From a virus (taxonomy: Duplodnaviria > Caudoviricetes): 45,421 bases of DNA. Every line of letters starts with the position of its first letter. Position 1 is the stretch's first letter. The stretch lies in IMG/VR virus record IMGVR_UViG_3300032303_003678, positions 1 through 45,421 of that record, one strand, 5' to 3'. The translations under genes and the position numbers were made by a program. This document shows positions 1 through 11,100 of the stretch, piece by piece. The notes beneath the pieces are model-generated. The model saw only the letters and a program-made list of their open reading frames with translations, had not been told where the DNA came from and did no database searches.

Positions 1-2
1 CT

Positions 3-1661
3 GTGAGAAAGATTTTCGCCGGCGGTTTCGTAAGCAATATCAAAAAGATGTTTCACGGAGGAGTGGGATTATTGAGAGGGGGAATTTCTAAAGTTTCAAC
101 AGCAATGAGAGCCGTTGCGAACGGCGGAATTAGGGGATTGAAGGCCGCCATAATGGGGGGCATGCCAGGAGTTGGACAGGTCATTTTTGCGGCGTTGGAC
201 GGTGTCTTTGGTGCGGTGAGCGGATTCAGCAACACTGGAAAACATTTCGAAGGCGTTATGAAGGCCATGGGCAAGTCCACAAAGGACATGACATGGGGGA
301 TGTATGCGTCATCCACGGTTGCCGGAGCCCTCGTCGGAATTCTTGACGGCTTGACATTCGGAATGCTTAGCCTGACTGGGGTCACAGAGTGGCTGAATCA
401 GACCTTGTCTTTGGTTCTCTACACCTTGTTCAGTTTCGTAGAAGGAATCATAGAAGGAATTATGGTTCCATTTGAGGCGGTGTGGAGTGCTTTCAAATAC
501 ATAGGGGCTCAGTTCAAGAGCATTGGCGATTCATTGCTGGGTGTTTTCAACTCAATTGCCGGGCTGTTCGGTGCCGAAGCGGGCAATTGGAGTGAGGCTT
601 TTGCAATGATTTATCCTTGGCTCAAGGCAATAGGAAAGGTTATCGGAATGGTGATTGGAATGCCGCTTGCGGGATTCCTGTGGTTGGTCGTAAAGGCGAT
701 AAGCGCACTGCTTGTCCCGATACAGATGTTCATAAATGCGATAGCTGGCATTTTCAAGATATTTTCTGCCGTGATAGACTTCTTCAAGGACATTTTCAAA
801 GGAAATATAAGAAAGGCGTTCCGAAATCTTGGCTCCGCAATATTGAGTGCTGTCTACGGCGTTTTTAAGCCCATAATAGATTTCATGTGGAGTATAGGTC
901 AGGATCTTCTCGCCCCCATAAAAAAGTTCTTCGGCGGGATTCCCAAGGGAATTTACGACTGGATTTACAAAGCGGCAGGAAAAGTAGGAGCCCAATGGCT
1001 TCTTGACATGCTTTTTGGAAAGAACGAATCTGCAGGTGCTGGCAAGGCCAAGGCGGCGTCTTCAAAGGGTGCGGCTGGTGCGGTGCGTCAGACCCCCACC
1101 CAGCAAGTTGAGGCGCGGACGGGCAGAAGTCTTGAGCAGGCAACGGCAGATGCTTATGGGGCTCCTACGGCAAGAAGGGCGGTCGTGCCTGCCGGAGGCA
1201 TGCCGACGAATGCGGCGGCCGCGGCGTCTCATTCTGTGGAGAGGGCGTCTGCATCGGTCGCGACTCCGGTTGGCCATCATGCGGTGCCGGCCGCAAGACC
1301 AAGCCAGGGCGAGGACGTAGGGTCGGTGCAGCCAGTCCACCTCAGGGACATAACTGGATCGGTACTGCGGGACAGGGCAGGGACTTCGGGAACGGGCAGG
1401 GTGCAGAGCGACGAACTTTCAAGGATAGAGCAAGCATCATTCAGACAGGTAGAGGAGCTTGAGCAGATACGTCAAGGGATAAGCGATATGGTCGCTCTTC
1501 TGAAGCCCAAGGGGGGCAGTGTCGGCGGATCAGATGAAACAGGGGCGGGCGGCACCAAAGACCCCAGAAGACCCTTGCACGCGGCAAGGTTCGGAAAGAT
1601 GAAGTACGGAAAAGTTGGAGGAAACGCCAACAGAAGCCTAGTCAATAACGGAGAGTCCTGA
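3..1661 (+). CDS. Tail tape measure protein, C-terminal part (5'-truncated by window)
   Basis: Long Gly/Ala/Ile/Phe-rich amphipathic helical stretch with periodic W/F, followed by a low-complexity tail; lies directly upstream of the baseplate genes; frame is open from the window edge. Confidence 0.8.
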   Translation: MRKIFAGGFVSNIKKMFHGGVGLLRGGISKVSTAMRAVANGGIRGLKAAIMGGMPGVGQVIFAALDGVFGAVSGFSNTGKHFEGVMKAMGKSTKDMTWGMYASSTVAGALVGILDGLTFGMLSLTGVTEWLNQTLSLVLYTLFSFVEGIIEGIMVPFEAVWSAFKYIGAQFKSIGDSLLGVFNSIAGLFGAEAGNWSEAFAMIYPWLKAIGKVIGMVIGMPLAGFLWLVVKAISALLVPIQMFINAIAGIFKIFSAVIDFFKDIFKGNIRKAFRNLGSAILSAVYGVFKPIIDFMWSIGQDLLAPIKKFFGGIPKGIYDWIYKAAGKVGAQWLLDMLFGKNESAGAGKAKAASSKGAAGAVRQTPTQQVEARTGRSLEQATADAYGAPTARRAVVPAGGMPTNAAAAASHSVERASASVATPVGHHAVPAARPSQGEDVGSVQPVHLRDITGSVLRDRAGTSGTGRVQSDELSRIEQASFRQVEELEQIRQGISDMVALLKPKGGSVGGSDETGAGGTKDPRRPLHAARFGKMKYGKVGGNANRSLVNNGES

Positions 1662-2206
1662 TGCCTGCCGCAACGATACCGGGTGGAAATTTAAAACCAA
1701 TAGACAACTGCTATGTCATAATTCCTATAATGGATGGCGAGTTTGTATTGACATTCAACAATCTGCCTGACATAACGGACGCAAAATCCGCATCTTATAA
1801 TGACGAGGTTGTGATAGGAAGGGCATCTCCCATAAAGACCTATTCTCAATCAGACAACAGAACTATATCAATGCAAATGCACATGATAGTCTCCGCTCCA
1901 GGTGACATTCAGTATAACCTTGCTTGTTTGAGAGCCATACAAAGTGCAACCTATCCTAGAGATGGGGCGAATGGAGCTCCTTTTGTTCCTCCTCCTGTGT
2001 GCAGGATCAAATGTGGAAAACTACTTTCAAACCAAGGAGAGTTGTGCGTTATTTTGAAAAACTATTCCGTAAAATTCCCCACGGAGGTCTCTTGGGACGA
2101 GAGCACTTTTGTTCCGTTTAAGTTTGATATAGACACGAACTGGGATGTGGTTTACAAGAGCTCGGATCTTCCTGGGCAGGATAGAATTTTTACACTAGGC
2201 AAGTAA
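1661..2206 (+). CDS. Tail tube initiator / baseplate protein (CIS-tube N-terminal, Afp7/GpU-like)
   Basis: IGRASPIKTY and PPPVCRIKCG...CVILKNYSVKF motifs typical of this family; TGATG coupling to the tape measure gene. Confidence 0.65.
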   Translation: MPAATIPGGNLKPIDNCYVIIPIMDGEFVLTFNNLPDITDAKSASYNDEVVIGRASPIKTYSQSDNRTISMQMHMIVSAPGDIQYNLACLRAIQSATYPRDGANGAPFVPPPVCRIKCGKLLSNQGELCVILKNYSVKFPTEVSWDESTFVPFKFDIDTNWDVVYKSSDLPGQDRIFTLGK

Positions 2207-2208
2207 AC

Positions 2209-2535
2209 ATGGCCAATAAAATTGATTTTACGGACATCAAACCATCGACTTTTGTCACAAGATTGAGCAGATATGCATCAAGCAGAGTCATCTATTATTC
2301 AGACGAGAAAATTATTACATTTGAAACCTACAAAAGAAAAAAATACAAAGAGTCAAGCGGCGACAAGGTGGCCGTCATACCACCGGGAATGGAATATAGG
2401 CCTGATCTTGTTTCCAAGGAGAGGTACGGGATTCCCGATTTTTGGTGGAAGATAATGGAGGCCAACAGCATCAAGGACATTATGGACTTCAAGGCTGGAA
2501 GGACGATCATCCTCCCGGAGAATGTATATGTCTAA
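2209..2535 (+). CDS. Baseplate wedge protein, T4 gp53/LysM-like
   Basis: RPDLVSKERYG..DFWWKIMEAN.I.DIMDFKAGRTIILP matches the gp53/GpX LysM-like pattern. Confidence 0.8.
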   Translation: MANKIDFTDIKPSTFVTRLSRYASSRVIYYSDEKIITFETYKRKKYKESSGDKVAVIPPGMEYRPDLVSKERYGIPDFWWKIMEANSIKDIMDFKAGRTIILPENVYV

Positions 2536-4045
2536 TTGCCTTGCTGGCTGCATAGCTGATCATCTCTGCGGAACTCTTCAGCTCCCTGGACCGGCAGGAG
2601 ACCAGGCAGAAAGCTTTGCTCCTTGGGTTTGGGTTAAAATCGGCGAAGGAGGCGAATCCGGCGAATCCATAACTGTGGGCAACGAATCCTTTTCTGCAAA
2701 TCCCAACACCGCATGCATAAAGTCGTTTGAGGCGGGATGGATAGACATGCCTCAAATTTCCGTGGAAATAATGGATGAGGCCGGAGGGAAATTGGGGGCG
2801 TTGCTGGATTCTGTGCGGAAGTGCACGAATGAGGTCGGAATCGGGACGAAAATAACATGTCAGTTTGGATGGATAATTGCGACCTGCGAGGGCGCAAAAA
2901 GAGTAATAGAATCGGAAACATTTGAAGCTCAGATTCTTGAACTAGAGACAAGTTACAGCGAAGGAAAGATGAAGCACAGGTTGAAGTGTGGCTCATTGAA
3001 CGCTTCGGTGGAGATGATGAGACAGAACAATACAAGGGGCGAAGACGACAAGAAAGTAACTCTAGAACAAGCAATAGAAAATATATGTGCTTTGCCTCCA
3101 ACAATTAGAGTCAGATATTGCCAGCTACAATCTGATGGCTCGCTAAAGGATGTCAAATTCAAATGGCGTAATTTTTCAGAGGGAGGTCCGCTCGGAAACT
3201 GGCAGGCCGATCAACAGAACAGGCTTTCCGCGATAACGAAATGGCTCGCCCCCTACAGAATAGACGATGGAACAGAATGGGGCAAAGGAATCGTGATTAT
3301 GTGGGAATCAACGAAATACAATGAGCTAATACTGCTACAAGATCCGACGTCCAATCCGGGAGAGTCTAAAAATTGTGGCGGAAATACATTCGGCACATAC
3401 ATCGTCAACGGGGGCAAATGCAGCTCGGTAATTGAGTTCACGCCCTCCTTTAACTGGACGCGGGCGGTTGGAGGGTTTAGCTCGGGTGGTGGAACTTCTG
3501 GTCCGGCAAAGACAAACAACAACTTTATCAAAAATGTAAAACCCGAAAACCAACAAAAAGATCACGGCGAGGCTGCTGGCATGCAGCAAGAAACTACCAT
3601 AACCCAGCAGGCATGGGATGCCTACGGCCCTTCAAACGCCTATGGCGAGACGATGAAATCCGAAATAGCCCATGTAAAGGCGGGAAGGGTTACTGCAGTA
3701 CTTGCAAATGCCATACAAGCAGACCTCAGAATATTAGGCGATCCGAGACCGCAATTCTGTAGGCTTCCGGCATGCCAGAATATATCCATTGTAGCGATAA
3801 ACCCCTTTCATCTGCAGGGAGGATCAAACGGCGGCTGCGGGGACTGGCTTTCCGAACCCCAGTGCAATGAAATCCTGAGCAGCAACCTGTGGATGGTAGA
3901 GGGAATAAATCATTCTATAAAAGAAGGTTCGTACACAACTACATTAAAATTAAGGCTTGACTCGCCGGGAATCGATGCAAGTAAGGATTCGCCGCTGGGC
4001 GGCGAGGGATCAAACGGATACACGCCGAAAAACAATTGTAAATAA
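2522..4045 (+). CDS. Baseplate hub protein (gp27/GpD-like), Cys-rich; start may be 2528
   Basis: C-terminal ADLRILGDP...LSSNLWMVEGINHSIKEGSYTTTLKL is the hub signature; sits between the gp53-like and gp5-like genes. Confidence 0.7.
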   Translation: MYMSNCLAGCIADHLCGTLQLPGPAGDQAESFAPWVWVKIGEGGESGESITVGNESFSANPNTACIKSFEAGWIDMPQISVEIMDEAGGKLGALLDSVRKCTNEVGIGTKITCQFGWIIATCEGAKRVIESETFEAQILELETSYSEGKMKHRLKCGSLNASVEMMRQNNTRGEDDKKVTLEQAIENICALPPTIRVRYCQLQSDGSLKDVKFKWRNFSEGGPLGNWQADQQNRLSAITKWLAPYRIDDGTEWGKGIVIMWESTKYNELILLQDPTSNPGESKNCGGNTFGTYIVNGGKCSSVIEFTPSFNWTRAVGGFSSGGGTSGPAKTNNNFIKNVKPENQQKDHGEAAGMQQETTITQQAWDAYGPSNAYGETMKSEIAHVKAGRVTAVLANAIQADLRILGDPRPQFCRLPACQNISIVAINPFHLQGGSNGGCGDWLSEPQCNEILSSNLWMVEGINHSIKEGSYTTTLKLRLDSPGIDASKDSPLGGEGSNGYTPKNNCK

Positions 4046-4050
4046 TAAAA

Positions 4051-6186
4051 ATGGCAGAAAACACAGTAAGAACATCTCCGACCGCATCCATACCTGAAAA
4101 TCTCCAGATACTAGAGCAGAGAATTGCTCAGGTAGAAGAGCGTTTTTCTGAAATGGGCTATACAGTTGTTGGACTTGTAAAAAGTGAAATAAAACAGGAC
4201 TGGAAAACCCCTGCACAGCAAGAGACCATTTATGGGATGCATACGGCCATATGCATAGAGACCATAGATCCATGGAAGCAAGGCAGAGTCAGGTATTTCA
4301 GCCCCTTGCAACACATGCAGGAGGCTCCGGTCAAGTCGCTCCCTTGGGCCTATCCTATCTCCAGCCAGGGAGGATTCGACGACTGCGGATGCACCTGGGT
4401 TCCGCCAGCGGGTTCCAAGCTCTGTCTCATATTCGAGGCTGGAAACAGGCAGTGGCCGTATTACCTTGGGACGACATGGGATAGGGACAGAACTGGAGGG
4501 TGGAACTACCCTGTTCCGGAGTATGAAAAGATACACAGAGGTCACAGGGGAGGATATCTCGTAGGAAAGGACGAGACACAAGTTTTCCCTCCATGGAACA
4601 CCGAGAATTATAACGGATATGACATTGATTCTATCAGCGAGTTTGAAAACGATCCCGAGGCAAGGAACAAGATAACCTATCCGAACATCTACGGATGGAA
4701 GACGCCTCAGAAGCACATGATCAAGATGGTCGACGGAAATTACAAATGCAATTTCCGATGGCAGAGGCTAGAGATAAAGTCCTCGCAGGGAAACCATCTG
4801 ATATTCAAGGACGACAGGGTTCACCCATCGGCGCAATGGGCTCATCCCGACTGCGGTTGTGGAAGCGGCGACCTGAGCAAGTGCAACGAGGGCGACGAGC
4901 CAATAGAGAAGGTGGAGAACTGCCCGACGCAGGCACAGGGGGACAACACGCCCGTTGCTCCTGCGGTCATGATGATCGGCAGTGGGAAGGCGAACGAGCA
5001 GGCTAGCCAGAGCGGGAGTGCGGAAGGGCAGTGTTCTAACCCCTACTTCAAGCACCGCAGCGAATGCCGGCCCTATTCGGGGCCCGGCAATCCCCAGAAC
5101 AACAAGGTGGACAAAACCACACTGCCCCAGTCCGGCATCCAGATGACATCATTGAGCGGACACACCTTCTGGATGGATGATTCTGTAAAGGAGCCAAGGG
5201 GAAAGAACAACTGGGAGAAGGGCATCCAGCCGTTTGACTACGGATGCGACGAGGTTTTCAAGGGCAAGTCGGTGTGGAAGTCCGCTCACGGCCACCAGAT
5301 GATGATGAGCGATGTGGAGCCAGATGGAACTCCCAACGGAAGAAGCGCCGAGAACTTCATCAGAATACTCACCGCCACGGGCAACCGGTTTGAGATGAAC
5401 GACGACACCAAGGGAAAGTCGTGCAGGGCCGGACCGAGAAGGGGAATAGAACTCCACAGCACTTCCAATCACATGATTCAGATGGTCGACGAGAACAACG
5501 ACCAGTGCAATCTCAATCGTCGAGAAGGCGGAGTCCCTGAAAACAAGGCGACGGACGCCTTCATCAAGATAAGGACGGGATATGGTCTTGAAATGATGAT
5601 GGCCGATGACAACAGTCAGAGGAACTGCCAAACCCAGTACATACAGATAACAGCACCCCAGAAGGGGCAGGATGACGCCGAGGGAGCGTGCTGCGGACCC
5701 CATTTCATCAGGATGCAGGAAAGCATGAACTGCGGCTACATCTTCGTAAGAGCAGGCGGCGATTACATGTGCATGACCGAAGGAGACCACATCACGGTGG
5801 TGGGAGTCGGCGAAACCACACCCAAGGACGACTTCTGTAAAGGGGGGTGTCTCGGTCCGAGAAACTGGTTTACGGCGGTTTCCAAGCACTCCGTGCATTG
5901 GTCGTGCAATTTCTATTTCAACAAGTCCGAGATAGCGGCGTTCCTGGCCGACAAGATAATACTTCTTATGGCCGGAAAGGACTGTCCTCCCCCTCCCGAT
6001 TCTCCCACTGGCGAGTGCGGGCCGTGCGTGGGTCCAGTGGCTGTACTGCTAGGCGATCCCAAGACCAAAACCGGCAGGCTCGTGGCTAGCGACAGAGTAT
6101 TCGCTTCGGCGTCGCAGGAGGCTCCGTGCATTTCAATATTTAACCTAAATCCGTTCACCAAGTGCGGAGGAGTTAACTGCAAATGA
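4051..6186 (+). CDS. Baseplate central spike, gp5/VgrG-like with OB-fold and beta-helix repeats, Cys-rich
   Basis: DPWKQGRVR..P...WAYP...WVPPAGSKLCLIFEAGNRQWPYYLG OB-fold motif; repeated (S/T)xxG(H/N)x(L/F/M)xMxD units. Confidence 0.85.
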   Translation: MAENTVRTSPTASIPENLQILEQRIAQVEERFSEMGYTVVGLVKSEIKQDWKTPAQQETIYGMHTAICIETIDPWKQGRVRYFSPLQHMQEAPVKSLPWAYPISSQGGFDDCGCTWVPPAGSKLCLIFEAGNRQWPYYLGTTWDRDRTGGWNYPVPEYEKIHRGHRGGYLVGKDETQVFPPWNTENYNGYDIDSISEFENDPEARNKITYPNIYGWKTPQKHMIKMVDGNYKCNFRWQRLEIKSSQGNHLIFKDDRVHPSAQWAHPDCGCGSGDLSKCNEGDEPIEKVENCPTQAQGDNTPVAPAVMMIGSGKANEQASQSGSAEGQCSNPYFKHRSECRPYSGPGNPQNNKVDKTTLPQSGIQMTSLSGHTFWMDDSVKEPRGKNNWEKGIQPFDYGCDEVFKGKSVWKSAHGHQMMMSDVEPDGTPNGRSAENFIRILTATGNRFEMNDDTKGKSCRAGPRRGIELHSTSNHMIQMVDENNDQCNLNRREGGVPENKATDAFIKIRTGYGLEMMMADDNSQRNCQTQYIQITAPQKGQDDAEGACCGPHFIRMQESMNCGYIFVRAGGDYMCMTEGDHITVVGVGETTPKDDFCKGGCLGPRNWFTAVSKHSVHWSCNFYFNKSEIAAFLADKIILLMAGKDCPPPPDSPTGECGPCVGPVAVLLGDPKTKTGRLVASDRVFASASQEAPCISIFNLNPFTKCGGVNCK

Positions 6187-6605
6187 ACTTTCTAGGAGCT
6201 CCATACCCAATAATTAGCCACCCGCTAGGCATGCTCAGGACGCAGAGGGGGATTAACCAGGTCAAATCAGACCTCCTGGTGCTTCTTTTGACGGAGCCGG
6301 GGGAGCGGGTTATGTTGCCGGAATTCGGAACCCCCCTTAAGAAGTTCCTGTTCGAGCCGAGCACCTCCTCGCTCGTGGATTCCGTAAAAGACGCGATTTC
6401 TAACTCTATAAAGACATGGGAACCGAGGATAGCGGTGTCACAGATAGAGGTGACCAACTCGGCGGACTCCATAGAACAGTCGCTGGATCCCGACGACAGG
6501 AAAGAAGACGTCGGTCACATACTGCTCATAAGGATACTTTTCACAGATTTTGACAACATACAGCAGGTTCAAGAACTCAAGTTAGAGGTTCCCCTCGGAG
6601 GATGA
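6183..6605 (+). CDS. Baseplate wedge / sheath initiator, gp25/GpW-like
   Basis: LLLTEPGERVMLPEFGTPL..FLFEP...IKTWEPRI is the canonical gp25 motif. Confidence 0.92.
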   Translation: MNFLGAPYPIISHPLGMLRTQRGINQVKSDLLVLLLTEPGERVMLPEFGTPLKKFLFEPSTSSLVDSVKDAISNSIKTWEPRIAVSQIEVTNSADSIEQSLDPDDRKEDVGHILLIRILFTDFDNIQQVQELKLEVPLGG

Positions 6606-6606
6606 A

Positions 6607-8181
6607 ATGCAGAACAACTGCCCTTTTGAAATAAAGCCGTACGCAAATTCCAACACGATAAAGAACGACAAGGTATCAAGTCTGAACTACACCAACCAGG
6701 ACTTCTGGTCAATGAAGACCAGGCTTGTTCAGTTCATACAGGAGAGATTCGGCGACAACGGAACCGTCCTACCCAACACATTTAACGATTTGGTTGAAGG
6801 ATCCATAGCGATAATGCTCATGGAGAACTGGGCGTTCATCGCTGACACCTTGTCCTTCAAGATGGATCAGATGGTCAACGAACTCTTCATAGACACAGTC
6901 ACGGAGCCGGACAATGCCTTCAGAATATGCCAGCTCGTGGGGTTCAAGCCCACTCCACCGATACCAGCAAGCTCCATGTGGACTGCAACGATAAATTCCC
7001 CCCTATCATCCGACTTGGTTATAGATGCGCCGGTTTCAATAGACATAGCGACGGATGATGGACTGATAGGGATAGAACTGTTCCCAGCCGACTCCAAGAA
7101 TAACCCAGTGTTTGACCAGGACATAGTCGTACCTGCTGGAATGACCATCAACTCATCCATAGTGGGGCTGGAGGGCAGGACCTTCACGGACAACTTCACA
7201 GGGACAGGACAGACATTGCAGTCCGTGTTCACCTCCAAGTCCTCGGTCATTTACGATTCAATAAGCGTCAGGGTTGACGGAATACTATGGGAACGCGTGG
7301 ACTACTTCAGCGACTCCCAGCCGAGGAGGGAGTACCGGGTGGAGTTTGACTCGTCCTACAGGGCATACATCATGTTCGGCAACAACAGAGCTGGACTGAG
7401 TCCCGCACAGGGATCCCAGATAGAGGTCAGGGCCAGGACCGGCGGGGGTACAAGGGGCAACATAGTGACGGGTTATGTGGAGTACCAGAGCCAGGCTCAG
7501 ATCTTCGGCATAAGCTCCAACATACCGGTCACCTTCAAGAACTACACAAAGGGCGACTTCGGATACGACGGCGACACCATAGAGGACATAAGAAGAAAGC
7601 TTCCGTTCTACCTCAGGACGCAAGACAGAGCTGTGACGGGGCTGGACTACAAGCACCTCACCGACCAGTTCGTCACGCCGTACCACGGGCAGATAGGCAA
7701 GTCCACCGCCGCCCTGAGAAACCACGGCTGTGCGGGCAACGTCGTGGACATCTACATACTTGCCAGGGACGGAAGCAACGGACTCCAGGAGGCCAATGAC
7801 AGCCTCAAGGCCGAACTAGCGGAGATGCTGGAATTGAAGAAGATGATAACTGATTACATCTGCATAAAGGATGGAAGCGTCATAGAATCGGACATCAGCA
7901 TAGAGGTGACTCTTTCAAGGATAAACAAAAAATTTGAGCAGGAGATAAGAACCGCCATAGCGGGAAAGGTAGAGGACTTCTTCTCGCTGTCCAACTGGGA
8001 GTACGGACAGGAGTTGAGGGACAGCGACCTGATCAAGGCTCTTGCCCCGGTGAAGCAGGCAGACGGATTCGACATCGTGTTCACCACCGACGATCCGGAA
8101 AATTCGGGATCCGCCGTTAGAACCAAGTTCTTTCGGATAATAAGGCCAGGTCAGGTAGAAATAGCGTTCATGTACGAGTGA
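6607..8181 (+). CDS. Baseplate wedge subunit, T4 gp6 / baseplate J-like
   Basis: LNYTNQDFWSMK, FGNNRAG..P, GGGTRGN, DGDTIEDIR....P....TQDRAVTGLDY motifs. Confidence 0.9.
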   Translation: MQNNCPFEIKPYANSNTIKNDKVSSLNYTNQDFWSMKTRLVQFIQERFGDNGTVLPNTFNDLVEGSIAIMLMENWAFIADTLSFKMDQMVNELFIDTVTEPDNAFRICQLVGFKPTPPIPASSMWTATINSPLSSDLVIDAPVSIDIATDDGLIGIELFPADSKNNPVFDQDIVVPAGMTINSSIVGLEGRTFTDNFTGTGQTLQSVFTSKSSVIYDSISVRVDGILWERVDYFSDSQPRREYRVEFDSSYRAYIMFGNNRAGLSPAQGSQIEVRARTGGGTRGNIVTGYVEYQSQAQIFGISSNIPVTFKNYTKGDFGYDGDTIEDIRRKLPFYLRTQDRAVTGLDYKHLTDQFVTPYHGQIGKSTAALRNHGCAGNVVDIYILARDGSNGLQEANDSLKAELAEMLELKKMITDYICIKDGSVIESDISIEVTLSRINKKFEQEIRTAIAGKVEDFFSLSNWEYGQELRDSDLIKALAPVKQADGFDIVFTTDDPENSGSAVRTKFFRIIRPGQVEIAFMYE

Positions 8182-8184
8182 AAA

Positions 8185-11100
8185 ATGAAAACAGTAGGCA
8201 CAGACAAAGACATAACGATAGCAGACGATCTGAAATTTATCCTTGAAACAAGGGACGGAAGAGACTGTCTGCACACACCCTACCAGATCACGAGCGTGAC
8301 CGTATATTTCGTCTCCAGGGAGTTCACCGACACCTCGGTCTCCGAATATCAGAAGGATTTCCGCAGGAAAGACCTTCTGGAGAGGTACGAACAGGTCAAA
8401 AAATCCCTTTGTCTTAGGTTCAAGAACAATGTCAGGGTCGCAACAAACTCGCAAACGACCTTGTCAGGACTTCAGACGATAGATGGAATAAGTCTTTCGG
8501 AAGGGGACAGGGTTCTAGTGAAGAGCCAGACCAGCCCAACCGAAAATGGCATATATTCAGCAAAAAATGGATCATGGAGCCGTTCCGACGACGCATCCGA
8601 ATCCTCGCAGGTCGTCTCTGGGATGTATCTCTTCGTGGACGAAGGCATCCAGAACATAGGGTCGGGATGGATGCTTCAGGAGGAGTCCGATGTGGCTCTT
8701 GGAGACACGCCGCTTGTTTTCATCAAATTCTCGGAGAACGGATCGCCGGCATCCCCGGACGAGAACTCGGCCAGCCTCCTTGCATCCTTGAAGACCCAGA
8801 TAGAGCAATCCAAGTTCAGTTCAAATTTCTTCTACAAGGACGCAGATCCCGTGAAGGTTTTCGGGGGTTCCGTAGATCCCGAGACCGGAGAACTTTATCC
8901 AGCATGGCTTAATCCGGACATGGTTCCACCAGAACTAAGATCAAAGGTGATCTCGGACAACATGCTGTTTCAGCATGAGGAAGACGGGGAGTTAGTCGAG
9001 GGCAAGTTCGTTCTGGAATGGAATCCAGCGGGATGCAGGGAGGGCGACTACTTTGTCTGCTGGTCGTGGATGCCCAATCTTGCCGGGGACGTTCTTTCCG
9101 CCCACATCGGCTTTTCACTTGAGGGAAACGGGTCGCTCACAGCCAGCATACCCACCCACGCCACGAGTCCGAACAAGTACGAAACCCTCATGGATCGCTA
9201 TCTGCCGGAGATGTTCAAGACGGTCATTTCCGAAGCGGACATAAGTCCAGTTGTCATCAAGGGACTCAACGAATCCGTAGCTGCCGGATTCACCTCCGTG
9301 GAGAACATGGCGAACCAGATAATAGACTTGCTGGATGCGAACGCAACCCATGAGCAGTTCCTTCCCCTTCTTTCAAACTTCTTCAATCTCCGCCTCAAAT
9401 CGTCCGATCCCACATTGTGGAGGAGGCAGATAAAGAAGGCTATCCCGAACTTCAAGAAGAAGGGGAGCGTATCCGGACTGAAGGAGGCTCTGGGCGACAT
9501 AGGGATGAAGTTTCTGAAGCTGACACGTATGTGGCAGGTGGTCTCGGACTACACCCACCAGGAACACTTTGACTTCGCCGGCTCTAATGTCTTTGATCTC
9601 TCCAAAACCGCGCTACTTCCGACCGATTCCAATTTCAAGGTGTGGCGCAGAAACAAAAACCAAGATTCATGGTCGGAAGCAAATGACTCAAATTATCAGT
9701 GGAGCCAGGGGCGGGTGACCTGGGTCGGTCCGGCTCTGGAAGAAGGGGATTCCATAAGAGTTCTCTACAAGACGGCTCCAATACCCGCCGGGCAGCAGAG
9801 CAAGGAAAATTACATAAGAAACCTGCCGCTGATGGACGACCGGGACGAGAGGGATCAGGAATATCCTACGAAAAATTGGAATGTCCACCTCCTGGAGGAG
9901 GACGATCCGATGTTCGATGTCATCGTCCCCGTGCGCCACCCGCTTGCTGATCCCACGATGTGGGGGAGGGTCAGAACTGAATTCCCCTACAGCGAAAACG
10001 CTTACAACATGGATGAATACAACGGTTCCAAGAGGGAAAGTCTGATTCCGTGCGACATAGACAAGGAGTTTGTGGACTCGTGCGGAAGGTGCCAGAGCAG
10101 CAAGTTTTCGCTTGACCTTGAGGCGGAAGCCTTCAGCGACGAGAGTTTTGATGAGGCGAGGCAAATAACGGAGGAGTACATGCCTTTCCATTCAGTTGTC
10201 CACGCATTCAATGTGAGCGGGGGGCTGAACGAGTTTGTTGAGCCCGCCACTGAAAAAATAGAGACGCTTCTTTCTTTCTTCGGGGACGAATACACGCTTG
10301 CCGGAGAGGCGCAGAACATATTCAGCAGGAACATGGACAGAGATCAGATGTTAAATGTCAAAAGAAGTCTTCTGGCCGATTTTGAGGTCGTTGCCGAAGA
10401 ATCGGGAACGATAAGCAATCAGAGGGTGTGCCTGTACCCTTCTGCCCCGAACTCCGAATCGTTCCTCTCCGACGGAGACAGAAGGGGAACAACTCAGGGA
10501 TTTGACGCTCTGAACGTGAATACCTCGTTAGTCGGTTCGGGAGCTTTCGACAACAGTAATCTGCTAGAAATACTCGGGTCGTCCACGACCTACGGAACCC
10601 TTTCGTCCATAGACGGAGACAGGGCGGTCATGGCCGGAACGGTAAGCTCACAGATGGTGGGGCCGACGTTCGAGTACAGAGTGTCAAACAAAATTGCGGA
10701 CATGGTCGTGGACATAGAGCAAGCAGATCAGCTTATGCTGAACGACCCAAACACCGATTTTTCGATGTTTGACATATCCACACAGAGGGATGTTGATGCC
10801 GGGGTGGCGGCCGCTCCCGTATGGAGGGTAAGGCACGCGAGTTCGCAATACATCGTGCATGACATGCTTCCGGACGGAACTCTGCTTCTGACCTATGAAT
10901 CGCCAGCCAGTGCGGTGGTCGGCTGGCAGCTTCTCAAAGACGGAACATTGATGAAATTCTCGCCTTCGGGTTCCCTGACGACATTGAATTACGGCATGGT
11001 CAGCGTCGTGTCGCCTTCTGCCGTGGAAGGACTCAGGGCGGGCGACTATCTCTATTTGAATTGGAACTCTTCCACAGAGAGGTATAGGATAAAGTCCTTC

